Positions 1 to 11,237 of a stretch of DNA of 64,000 bases are shown here, in pieces. Source of the DNA: Acanthaster planci (lineage: Eukaryota); the NCBI RefSeq assembly GCF_001949145.1, contig NW_019091357.1, forward strand, positions 2,515,920 to 2,579,919. Direction: 5' to 3'. Within the stretch, counting starts at the first letter, position 1; every line of letters starts with the position of its first letter. The notes beneath the pieces are model-generated. The model was not told where the DNA came from. It did no database searches and was given only the letters and a program-made list of their open reading frames with translations. A program made the position numbers and the translations under genes.

Positions 1-151
1 TCTGTTTCCTGAGACACCATGGCGAACATGTACATGCCTTAAAGAACATACCCAAGTCAGTTTCAGATTGACATTTCATTTGACATTTTAAGTTCCTTGA
101 TTATTATTCCACCATCGGCTGAGAATATATTTCTAAGTCAGTGAGACTTAC

Positions 152-3100
152 TGTCGTAAATCCCGACCGCCGTTCCCCCTCCGCAGATCTGAAGCCGGTC
201 CCCTACGCAGGGCAAGAAGCAGTCCTCGTTGCCCAGTCTACGGGCCGCCAACGCCTCGATCCCCAGCGCCTCGCAGTAGCACTCCTGGCCGAACGCCAGG
301 CCGGCGTGCGGGTAGCCCCGCTGTCGGCAGAGCGCCAGGCAAGACTGAATCGTCATGTTGGCGTGGGCGAAGACCGCCTCGTCCAGCAACGGGCTGCCTC
401 TGGTGTGACGGTAGCAACCAAGGTAGCCGGGATCTGTGGAAGTTCCAATAATTGAAATCTGTTATTACTTCCTTCGCTAGATTTAAGAGTTATGTGTTTC
501 GGTCTGACTCAGGATGAGATCAAGCTGACTTAAAGTAGGACTTTCGCCAATGCCATGTCTACATGACATCGGGAGCAACTGTGTCATTGGGGGAAAAAAA
601 AACCTCTACAAACACTCCGACTTCCCCTAAGAAACCCCAGACTTTCCTGATGTCATATACATTGTAAAAAGGTTGGAAATAAAAAACAGTGTCTTAATGT
701 CACTCCCTTTGACTTACAGTTGCAGATGACAATCGCGTGGTCCCAGCAAGTCGAGGCGTACTCGCACTGTACCGTCTCCTCGCCGTCTGCCGTGGTGAAC
801 TGACACGTTAACGATGGCAGGGGTGTCACCACTACCCCGATGCTCGCTGTTGACCGAACCGCCATGGCGCCCTCATCGAATCCTTTCGATCGACAATGAA
901 ACAGCTTGACTTCACGTTTACAAGTTTTGATCCCAGTAAAATCTGGTCTGTTTTCCTTACACATGTACATGTATTTTTTAGCAGTACATGCCGTAGTACA
1001 CGTGCCGTGTTTCTATCTCCTGACAACAGTTAGGGAACTGTAATTATCTGCACTTAGTTTGTAAACGGCACAAAATTCAGCTCTAACGTCGTACTCCTTG
1101 TGCACTTCAATTGGGGGAAAGTTGTAGGTGCACTTTAAGGCAAGGAGGGTCTCGAATTATGGGGAAATGTTGTAACTGTTGTTGCTTAGAGAGAAAGGCA
1201 AGTCAAGGGGCGGTTCGCACAACAGATGAACCTCCGAGTCGCCTTCCAGATCTGGGGCTTAGGTTCGATTCCCGGCTCGGTTCACATGTGGATTGGGTTT
1301 TCAGTCCTTACCTGATTCCCTGGGTTTTACCCAGAATATTCCTCTGGGGTTTTCCTCCCACCTCTAAAATTGTAACTGCTTTTCACTGTCTCCTCTCTAC
1401 AGGTTTCATCAGGCTTGCGAGCTACAGTGCCTAGGGCGCTTTCGGGGAATCCTTATAATACAAGTAGTGTAATTACCAGATATAATTATAAAAATATAGA
1501 AATACTAGTCATGACTTTACAGACTGAAGTGAATTTTAGGTTGTCTCTTAATGCCTTTTCGGTTAGGTAACTTTAACGAATTCGTTCCGAATACAACTAA
1601 TAGACCTTAATGACGTTAATTTGTACAGAACTTATTCTCAGGTGCCAACAAATAAAAGTTAACCTCGCTTTCAATTCAATATGGCCACCTTGTGAACGAG
1701 GGCAGGTTCACTTATAGAGCATTCACCGACCTGAACCGAAAACCTTTTTTTAACGCACCTCGTTTGTGACATACGATGTCGGCCATTCGGGAGTTGAAGC
1801 CTTCGTAACAAACTCTTTCCCAGCCGTTCGACGTGCTAACCTCCACAGCGCCGCCGAAGAGAATCCCACCTTCTGAGTACAAACGAACGGCTGGAAAAGA
1901 AACCAACCCCGCAAGACACTTACTTAAAGAGGGACAAACATAGAATTACTGCTATGGAGACAAAACGTGAGAAATGCGGTCGGAAGTTCGATGTCGTCTA
2001 TTGAGTCTGATCAGGAGGCAATTTCAAAATTGTGTGAAATTGTTGATTTTTTGTGGGGGGGGTTAGAGAATATATAACAGTCATTATAATCAGAAGGTGT
2101 CCTATAGTCAAGGTCTTCTGACAGCGTGGCACACAGGAAGTTTGTTTTATTAAACTACGGTTTGTTAGCATCACTAGTTGCTATATTCAGATGCATTTTT
2201 CACACAAAACGGGTATTAAGTACTAAAGTAAAGTATCTGCATTTTGCGGAGGCATTTCGTGGAAGATAAACGGCAAGGCCGAGCTTGTGAGTTTACTGGA
2301 AGGAATGCTTTGATTTTCAAAGCCTAATTTGTCTTGAAGGATGCATGTCAGACGGAATTTCTTCACAACTCAATGTATTTCACTAAGCGGATGTAAAGGG
2401 ATCTCTGAAACGATGGCGGAAGTCGCGCATGCGTAGGAGTAGATTATGTGACCGCACATTTGTGACCTCCCATTGCGCTTGCGTTGTCATCACGAGTAGT
2501 CTCCATACACGCAACCCTCATTGTTTCGCATAAAGGTTATTGTGTCAGACTTCAGTCCAACAAATTGCAGGTGGAAAAAGTCACGTGTAAGGACGGTTGC
2601 GTTACTGACATTCCCAACATAGAGTATAGACGACTTACTCTTTAAACTGAACTTGATAAACTTATTAGGGTAACATCTCTCCACATACAAAATAAAAGCA
2701 GCGACCTATTGTGTGCGGAAGTCATTTTGAATTGAAGACTTAACCGGCCTTTATCTTCAGCGATATTCACGCCCATCAAATTGCATGTGTGCTGCTCCTC
2801 TTATTTCAAATCAATCACCTCAGACAGAAGGCGATTTCAAATCTACTTTGATTGCATTAAAAATCGAAAGTCACACATTTATGATCTGATGGTGAACACT
2901 TTACAAGGTTTACACACGTGTTTCTCGGGACAATTTGGAAAAAAATAGGAATTTGCACATTTGACTGATTGTAAACCAACGTATATGCCAAAAAAGGAAA
3001 ATAAATCTCCCGTTGTGAAAGATGTTCTGAGAATTTATGATGGGAAGAGTGGACTCATCCAATTTCAGTCCCATGGATGATATTACATTAATAAATAAAT

Positions 3101-3403
3101 TTCTTCATGATAGAAAATTGGTCAAGTCCAATCATCGTCGTATTTACATCACCCACAAAATATAGATAGCTTGCCCTATTTTCTTTGAGAAACGATACAA
3201 ACGCAAACGATCCTCAAACCACAGAACATGTACTTCGTCGATCGGTTATCCGTGCTGAGGTTGAAGGGGGTCTTACCTGTCAACTCGATAGGGTCTTGTG
3301 ACAATACTTCAAGAGATAACATCGAAAGGAAGAAACACAAAGGGTAAAGGATAACCATCCTGGCAGCGTGAATTGCAGCGACGGACACGGTATACTCCAT
3401 CAT
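152..3403 (-). CDS. Secreted/surface protein with signal peptide, SRCR-like domain and WSC domain (5' part; gene continues beyond the left edge)
   Basis: Coding exons 3403-3277, 1890-1759, 882-718, 433-152, all joined by phase-1 GT-AG introns. Hydrophobic leader MVILYPLCFFLSMLSLEVLS (ATG at 3403 or 3358). SRCR-like AVRLYSEGG..GAVEV..GWERVCYEGFNSRMADIVCHKRGF..HAIVIC. WSC-like YLGCYR..NMTIQSCLALCRQRGYPHAGLAFGQECYC..CFLPCVGDRLQICGG. The last visible exon ends in a GTAAGT donor. Confidence 0.85.
1204..1460 (+). mobile_element. tRNA-derived SINE, copy 1
   Basis: B-box GGTTCGATTCC, then a core (GGGTTTTACCCAGAATATTCCTCTGG..TTTCCTCCCAC) that aligns by eye along its length with the inverted copy at 44145-44408. 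Confidence 0.75.
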
Positions 3404-5583
3404 CGCACTTGTACGACTCGTCACACTAACATTCGTGCATAATCCAACTTGATGACAAGCCCTTGGTACATACGAATCAACTTACTGTACTATCGATCCG
3501 CAAGACACAGAATCCTTTTTTTTTTTGGCACGTCATGAGTCAACATTTCTGTGGCACCGCGAATAGAAAGTGCTTGCACGGTTGGATGGGTTTGAGGCAC
3601 ACAGTGGGTAACGCACCGTAAAACCGGCTATTATTATTCAAAATATGCGGACTGAGTCACGGACTGGTCCGAAGTAAATAACTTGGAGGTCGTCACTTTT
3701 TTGTGTTGCGCTGCAAGACAAAGTGAACATCGTTATTAAACTGCATGGAGTTGGAGGCGTTGACCCGCCTATACAATGGCACAGAAAAATGTCGACGAGA
3801 CAAAGACTTCAGGTATAACCGCGAAAGTACAAGCGATACGATTTGACTGAGAATTTTGACGGGTTTATGTCCTTGTTGTTCCTTTTGGCTGGAAACCCAC
3901 TTATCGCGTTGCGGCGAGCTCTGTTCTGAGCTTTATAGTTTTATTTTTGTTTAGATCGAGCTACCTCCATGGATCGAGCAACAACTTCAGTCATGGTCCA
4001 ACCGTAGTCTAACAATCTCTTCATCGCCTGTGCTTCCTGGAACTTCAAGAGTGTAGGTCGGTCGGTGGGCCTAAGATCTCCAGGGAAGTAGAGCATAGGG
4101 CTATAGGCTTCCTCGGCTTAAGGTCATTAGCATATGTATTTTACAATAAGGTAAAAAAAATCATCTCGCGGTTTTGGTAAGAGAAGAATCACGTGAGTGA
4201 ACACAGACCGATTACCGTACTCAACAATTCACCAGTTACGTCTCGTTTTCCGTTTTCTTCATCCCGAAAAGGTCGATTAATGAGTGAATTTTAATTGACT
4301 TGGCACTATTTGCACAATGCTTCAAGGTCTTGAGATTATAAAACTGCCGTTTCTTTCAGGGTTGTCGTGCTTGCTGGGGGGGGGCTAGCTGAAGTGTTGT
4401 GATACAAGATGTGGGGGAGTATGTGAAAACCCCACGGTTGAATAATGAACAACATCCTTCCGCCAAAACTCACTGACGTATTCCCCAAATACTGAAGCCT
4501 GGCCCGTCAAACAGTAATACCAGGGAGGGTATGGCGGCAGGGGTAGGGTAGGGGTTGAGACAGTATCGTTGAAGATCATCACAAGCTTCAGTTCCCGTTA
4601 ATTCATTGGACAGATAGCCACCGATCTATCCGTAATCAATTGTACGACTTAACGGGGACAAACGGGCGCAAAGCGTACAACTCAAAGCAAAGGCAGATCC
4701 GGGGGATGGCGCAATAGCGCTCCCAAAAAAAACCCAAACTTTTGTCCGAAAATAATTAAAGAATTTTTTTCTGTGTCATTTCTCTTCTTTCCAAAAGTGT
4801 GTACAAAATCCGAAATGTGGCCCGACACTCTCAGAAAGGCCATGAAAGGTTGTACATGAGAAATAGTCCACATTTTGTGGCGCCGAAACAGGTACCGCTC
4901 CCCCCAAATGGTTCTGGGTCCTCCCTTGATTCAAACCCCGTACCACACGAGATTAAGGGGTTTACCCACGCCATGTAGGTGCTTTTTCCGAGGTTGACAT
5001 GACGCATTGACTTGACTTGGGTCCATGCCAAAGTACCCACCCTCTGACAGAAAACGTAGGCTGAAGACTAGTGTGCATTTACATATCAAAATAAGTGGTT
5101 TATATTCTACGTTTTAAATGCTTTTGGTTCATATGTGATTTCTCTATCACACAAAAAACTAAATAATTTCTACTTTCAGTGACATCTCCGTTATTTTATA
5201 CATTTAATCGAGTGACATGAGGACTGAGTCACCCTCGTACTCGGAAAAAGTTGCCATGGAGACGACAAAACAGGAACCGAATCTCAGAAAGGAAGCGCGC
5301 ATGACAAATTTGACTCTGTCAACAGCTGCACTTCAAGTTTTCACCGAAGCTCTCCCGTCCCCACTTTGTCAAAACAAGATGTGCCATCCTTCTTAGAAAA
5401 ACAACCGTCAGCCTCAACCCCAGTTTTTCCATCTTCAAGTACTACTATGATCGAATAATTGTCCACCCCAAGTAGCTTCATGAGTTTTTGGCTGAAACTG
5501 CCCATGCATGTCCTCATTAATGACGCCATCGCAATGTATTTGAGGGTCTTGTTGCTAATTAGGATACATAATTACGCCCTGAA

Positions 5584-5744
5584 TAGAGCACCGAAGTGTG
5601 ACGTCACTGTGATCCAGAAAGTGCAGTGCAAACGAATGGAGTACGCGCGCGTGTTGGTTCACGCGCTGGTTCACGCGCTGGTTCACGCGCTCATGCCTTT
5701 TACACACTAATTGTGCGCGTGACGTATTCACTTCGGTACTCGAT
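5584..5744. mobile_element. MITE with ~14-bp TIRs (AGAGTACCGAAGTG), copy 1
   Basis: Ends TAGAGCACCGAAGTG / CACTTCGGTACTC, internal (TGGTTCACGCGC)x3, near-identical copy at 46181-46326. Confidence 0.8.
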
Positions 5745-6207
5745 AGGATCTCTTCCTTTTACTACAATATTAAAGATCAAAAATTTTAAAATGAAATTAC
5801 CACACGGGAATTTCTTCAGTGTTCTGTATTACAATAGAAAAGCACATGATTTCTGTATATTTTACAATTCTTGCAGCATTTAAAAACTGATTGGAATGAA
5901 CAATACTCGGGCTTTAAAAAGTAATAAAATATATGTGAATTGCAATGATAAACTAACTTTTTGGTTTTTCATATCACATGGTGATGTGCAGCTAATTCCA
6001 TTTACCTGAAATGGAAATTATAATATCTACCTATTTGGTTAAGCGTTTAAATCCTACAGGCTAAAACTTTACAGTAGAAAGTATAAAACTGTACTGTCTT
6101 TTTTCCTGTATATTCATTCGTAAGGTTAATTTGACACCGTGGTAGTACATGAATCACTTGATTTCAGCTGACGAAAGAAATCTCGTCGTGGGTCTGGTAT
6201 ATCCGAC

Positions 6208-9200
6208 TTAAAACAGCTCGAGTGTTGCCAGGATCCCCAGCGTTGCCATGACAACGACAGGCCCACTCACAGCCAGGGTCGTGGCTGCGTTGAGCACAAA
6301 GTCCAGAATGACGACATCGTCAGGATTGACGCTATCAATCACGGTGACAGATTTCTTTTGGCTAATATAACCGGACTTCGACACCTGAAAAAGAGATGTA
6401 CACTTAAGTTACTTGCCGGAAAATGCCTTCAGTTTACAAATAAATTAATATAAAAAGGTGCCCGTACATGAGGGCGCTTTTCACATTACATCAAAGGAGA
6501 TGCGTCAATATCGCAAGGTATTCGGGCACAGCGGTTTTGATGTGTTTGCTTGTTTCTTGTTCTAACAACAACTTTTTTATGTTTTAATTTTTTACACCGA
6601 ACTACAATTTTCGGAGAAGCTTTGAGCGTCCTTCCACGGTCGAGCTGAGAGAGGCGGGGAGTCTTTTTTTTCAGATGTGGTGTCGCTATTTTTCTTGAAA
6701 GGAAAATCTATTTTATGCATGCAAACGGCCAACTGTTGTGTGCATAAAAGGCTTTATTCCTGGATTTTTCACTGGCTCTCTTGTTCTCGCAAGATTTAAG
6801 AGACATGCAGTCCAACATATTCACATACAATTTGCCACGAATCATCACTGCCCTCAACCGCTTACAAAATACCTAACCAAATCGACGATATTTGCTCGTC
6901 CAAAGTTTGTGCCTTCCTCAAAAAACGTTTGCATAAGCGACTAAAACTGGCCACCAGCAAGGCCATGCGCATCAAATCTCTCTGATTCTCAGCCACACAA
7001 TTACATGCACTTGCCTCTATCTCGTAGGTCCCGTTAAGTAGAAGTCTCCAGTACTCGCCAAGCTCAGTGGTAGACGGAGGATTCGGGGGACTTGCCTGCC
7101 CAACAATCGACACAGAGGCGCCCTCTAGTGGCTCCCCGTGTACTTGTCAGTGACAATGCCTTTCACCCCTGCAATGTAACAGCCAGATAAAATAACACGA
7201 TGGAGAAAAGGAAAGAAGGAGAGAGAGAAAAAAAACGGCAAACAAACAAACAACCCAACAACCCAACAAACAAAACAAACAAACAACCCAACACCCCAAC
7301 AAACAAATAAACACGCCGGCTCTAAAAAGTAAGAACGTGACAGGTAAATATTCCAGGTCCTATTAAGGGTTTAAGTCTGTGTCTATCGACATCAGGATCT
7401 TAAAAATCAGTTTCTGGCGAGAATTTCCTATGAGTTTCTTCTCAAATGTGCAACATTTTCTGCTCCAAGTAACACAACCAACAACTGCAAATTAAATATT
7501 TCCTCTACAAATTTCCGAGCACTTTTCACGCTGTCAAAGTCACAAGTCTTCATCTACAGAAATGTGTCAGTCTGACAGCCCCCGGAAAAGCCAGTTTATC
7601 TCCAAGCCCTCATCTCAATTCCACATCGAATCATCTCTCCCCAACCCACCTCTGTGAGCGTGCTGAAGGTAAGCCATCAAGGCCGGTCTGTTCTCCTCCC
7701 AATGCGTCGCTAACGTTGACGCGTGCGGGTATTTACAGCACGCGACTTCCAGAGTAATCTCGGGGCAGCCGGCGAAAATGTAGTTGTAATCTTGCATGCC
7801 ACCTAGACGGACAAAATTGACAGAATTCCTTTTATTCCTACACGTTTATTGTTTGGAGTTACATTCAAGAATTTGGATTTGTAATGTGGCAAGCGAACTC
7901 GTGTACAGTATTCCTTGAAACTATTTATAGAATGCTTGGGTCGTCGGAAGGAAGAGGTATGTAGGTAAAATTTCTGCAAACAAAATGTCATTGAAGTATC
8001 TGCAAAGAGATCACGGTCTCGGACTCGATTTCAAGAACTCAAACAATGTTCTCTTCACTTTTCAAATATCTTCGTCAGTTATGTGTCCTGTATTCCATTG
8101 GAACCCAGTCGTGCGAGGTATTATCCAGTCAATATGCCGCACTGACGATTAAGTTTGATTCCTACTCTAACAACAGACATCTCGATACATGCCTTGAAAA
8201 CGTCACTGCGAAAGCCAACACCCGAATGGACAAAATATAAAAGCTCAAAAACAGCTTTGAATTATCATAACTTAAACTGCTATTTTAAGCTAGCTGAAAT
8301 TTAAATAAGCCACTTGCGAGTTAAATTTGAATAAAATCTGGTACACTATGTTACCTGATTGCATAGAAATGTAACAATTTGAACTCCCCAGACTAAAGAC
8401 ACTGTTGCTGTACTTCGTGATTCGGGGCAAGCTTTTGCATAGCGACCACCATCTCTGGATTGGACTGGTTCCTTTATGCCGTTCTTATCCATTGAGAATA
8501 CAGTATTGTTGCAAGGCGTCTCTTATGTAACTAAGCAAAAACTTGCCCCGAATTACGAGGTCTAGCAACAGTGTTTTTAGGATGGAGAATTCAAGTTGTT
8601 ATGTTCACGTGAATTTAAGAACTCAGTGTACCATATTTTATTCAAGTTTAACTCGCAAATGGCTTATTCCCACAACATCGACGACATCTACATGTAACAA
8701 CAAAGTTTCGAAATAAATTGCATTAGGCGAATTCAAATATTTTTCGATTGGAAGGACTCAGGCTAGAGGACAAAAAATTCGCTCACCTTTGACGAGATAC
8801 CATTCCCCTCCGTTGGTGATCCCATCCGGGAACCCGTCGTTGCTATCGTTACTGCGGCATCTGTTCTCCTCAACCTTGTGCATCCTCGGATGGTTCCTGG
8901 AGTAGGCCAGGGAGATCACTCGGAAGAAGGCGTCATCCGGACTCCTACTGTAGGCTGCATTGTCACCCGGTTTGTCCTCTGTTAATCAAAAGACGCCGTG
9001 ATATAGAATCACTTTTTCGTTACAGAAGAGGAAAGTCATGGAAACTTACAATTTACAGAGTTGGTAAACGTGGAAATTATGCAGTTTCACATGTTGACAG
9101 TTGAAGATGGTGGCTTGCGAAAAACTATATTATGCTTTATTGGACGCTCTATCAGCAATAGGCTTGAAGTTCCAGTAAGTAGTTGAAGTAAAACTGGTCC

Positions 9201-11237
9201 ATGTTTACAACGTATGACGGGAGTATTACATTTCAGATAAGGGAAGCCACACTCAACCTTGACACAGTAGTTGTGAATGGTAATTGCCGTGCTTGTAGCG
9301 CATACCAAAATAATTTTCAGTAGATACCGGTAAAAAGTGTAGATATGCTAGTTTTCTTCCATGAAGCGTTAATAAAACTGCGTTCAAATCAAAGACATAA
9401 TGGAGTGCACTGGAAGTTGCATCGACCTTCTCGAATTACGCGAGCTGTTAGGATTTAAAAAAAAAATGCTCGCGCTGGCTGGATGTAACGCGAGCGACCA
9501 ACCTGGCTTCATGTTGTCGAAGGGGTAGTTGGCCAGGAGGGCGCCCCCATGCAGGTTCGCGGAAAGAACGAACTGATAGTTCTGCACCCAATCGATGATC
9601 GCCTTGGTCTCCGGCTGTAAAACGAGGGCGTCGTCCGGCTCAAAATAGTCTGGGAAATTACGATTCAGATCGATTCCGTTGTCATTGTACCTGATCACAG
9701 GAAGAGAAAAATCAAAGGAAGCAATCGGAAATGTCAACTAAAACTGACAGCAATCTCAGTTGATGGGTAAGCATTTTGGCACAAGTTGCCTGAGAGGGCG
9801 ATAAACTTGATTTATTTTGGAACTGAAACCAGACAAACATGTACGGTGCTGCAAGATCATCGTCTATTGTACATTGGATTGATTAGTCATCACTAATTCA
9901 TTTTTCATCCTATTAATCACTCTTGATCATGCATCAAGGGATGGCGCTGGTCACCACATTTTAGCGATGATGTATTCGTGTCACACACTGAAGACGATAA
10001 TCGCACCTGCCCTGGACGCCGGTGCAATCGCCTTCCACGGACACCTCAAATCCATCTGGGTTCATGGAGGGCAACACGTGAACTCTCGTGTGATCCAGGA
10101 GTTGCTTGACGTCAGAGTCGGTGTTGTAATTCACCAGGAGGTATTCGATCAACTGAAGCAAGAGCTCCCGGCCAACGACCTGTTTGGAAGAATTTCAAAA
10201 CATCGGAAATGGACCGACGCCATATGGGCTTCAAAATTTAAACTTTTGTTAAGGCTACCGATTAACGCACGTACACTATTGCAATGTGACATTTGTACTG
10301 CTTCATTAGGGATCATATGCAATATGCAATTCAATCTATGTTGATTTACTAGGATTTACGGTCCCCGAATACCACATTTGTGATCTTGGAGTTTGCGTTT
10401 TCTCGTGATGTTCTCTTTAGCGATCAAAGTTCGGATTGTCTCACGAAAACGAGTCTTGCGAAATGCACCTACCAACTGACCGTGAACCAAAAATCATTCT
10501 GAAAGTACCTCGTTGCCATGCATATTGCCAACATATTTGACATCAGGCCGCATTGGGACGATCTGGTCCGGTTTGCTGCCGGAAATGGCGATTACCCATA
10601 GTTCTCGACCTGAAAAGATACCGGTAGCCAATAACATTCATTCTTGAGTGCATCACGCGCGTTTTAATACCTACAGTCACCCTCGACGATGTTTGTGTGG
10701 GTGGCGTGTAAGTTCTCGTGTCCGCGAGCAGCCCTTCGCTTTCCTGTAATCTCTGCTTAGAAATTTGGAGCGTGGTATAAGTCTGGAGGACCCAAAGATC
10801 TCTTTAGGCACTTCTTCAAGCCCCGCTCGAAACTTTCAACACCGGAATAAGGCATTTCAACACCGGAATAAGGCCTTCCAACACTGGGATAAGGCCTTTC
10901 AACACCGGAGTAAGGCCGTTCAACACCGGGATAAGGCCTTCAACACAGGGAAAAGGCATTTCAATATGCCCCGGATTACCGGAGTTTTGCGCCGTGTCTT
11001 TACAGCGTGCTTCGAAAGCCCTAGTCCCACACCATGTCGTGTACTGCATTACTTCATCAACTCACCTTGCGTCGATTTGCCGATGCTGTAGAGATGGGTC
11101 ATGCTCGGATGGCTGTCCGCCAGCGACTTCATCAGCGACGTCAACTGGTCATAGTTGTGATATTCGTGTCCGATTTGCGGCAACGCAAAACTGAACGGGA
11201 CGAGGACCAGCGTAAACAGAAGGCAGACGGAGGCCAT
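6208..11237 (-). CDS. CPM: Carboxypeptidase M-like metallocarboxypeptidase (M14B), probably GPI-anchored; 1-nt frameshift in exon 7 as assembled
   Basis: Exons 11237-11066, 10609-10509, 10179-10007, 9690-9503, 8978-8787, 7802-7650, 7168-7015, 6384-6208. Signal peptide; [75 protein letters not shown]; transthyretin-like [29 protein letters not shown]; hydrophobic C-terminus with no cytoplasmic tail. Assignment to CPM rather than CPE/CPN/CPD is inferred from the single domain plus GPI-type tail. Confidence 0.9.
7238..7312. repeat. Imperfect (CAAA/CCAA)n microsatellite
   Basis: Run of caaacaaacaaacaacccaac.. units in carboxypeptidase intron 6. Confidence 0.8.
8304..8668. mobile_element. Foldback/MITE-like element with ~140-bp imperfect inverted arms
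   Basis: 8304-8442 aligns with the reverse complement of 8531-8668 (AATAAGCCAyTTGCGAGTTAAAyTTGAATAAAAT..ATTCGGGGCAAG). Confidence 0.8.
10834..10964. repeat. Minisatellite, ~21-bp unit x6
   Basis: Unit TTCAACACCGGrATAAGGCmT repeated six times in carboxypeptidase intron 1. Confidence 0.9.

Noticed and set aside
1924..2645. TTAA-flanked DNA transposon in intron 1 of the SRCR-WSC gene
   Set aside because: Only TTAAAGAG/CTCTTTAA match; inverted similarity does not extend further.
10834..10964. CRISPR-like appearance of short repeats (also 57108-57190)
   Set aside because: Units are contiguous with no unique spacers, there are no cas genes, and the context is eukaryotic.
10765..11091. ORFs with FQHRNKA / GLIPVL repeats
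   Set aside because: Translations of the intronic 21-bp minisatellite.
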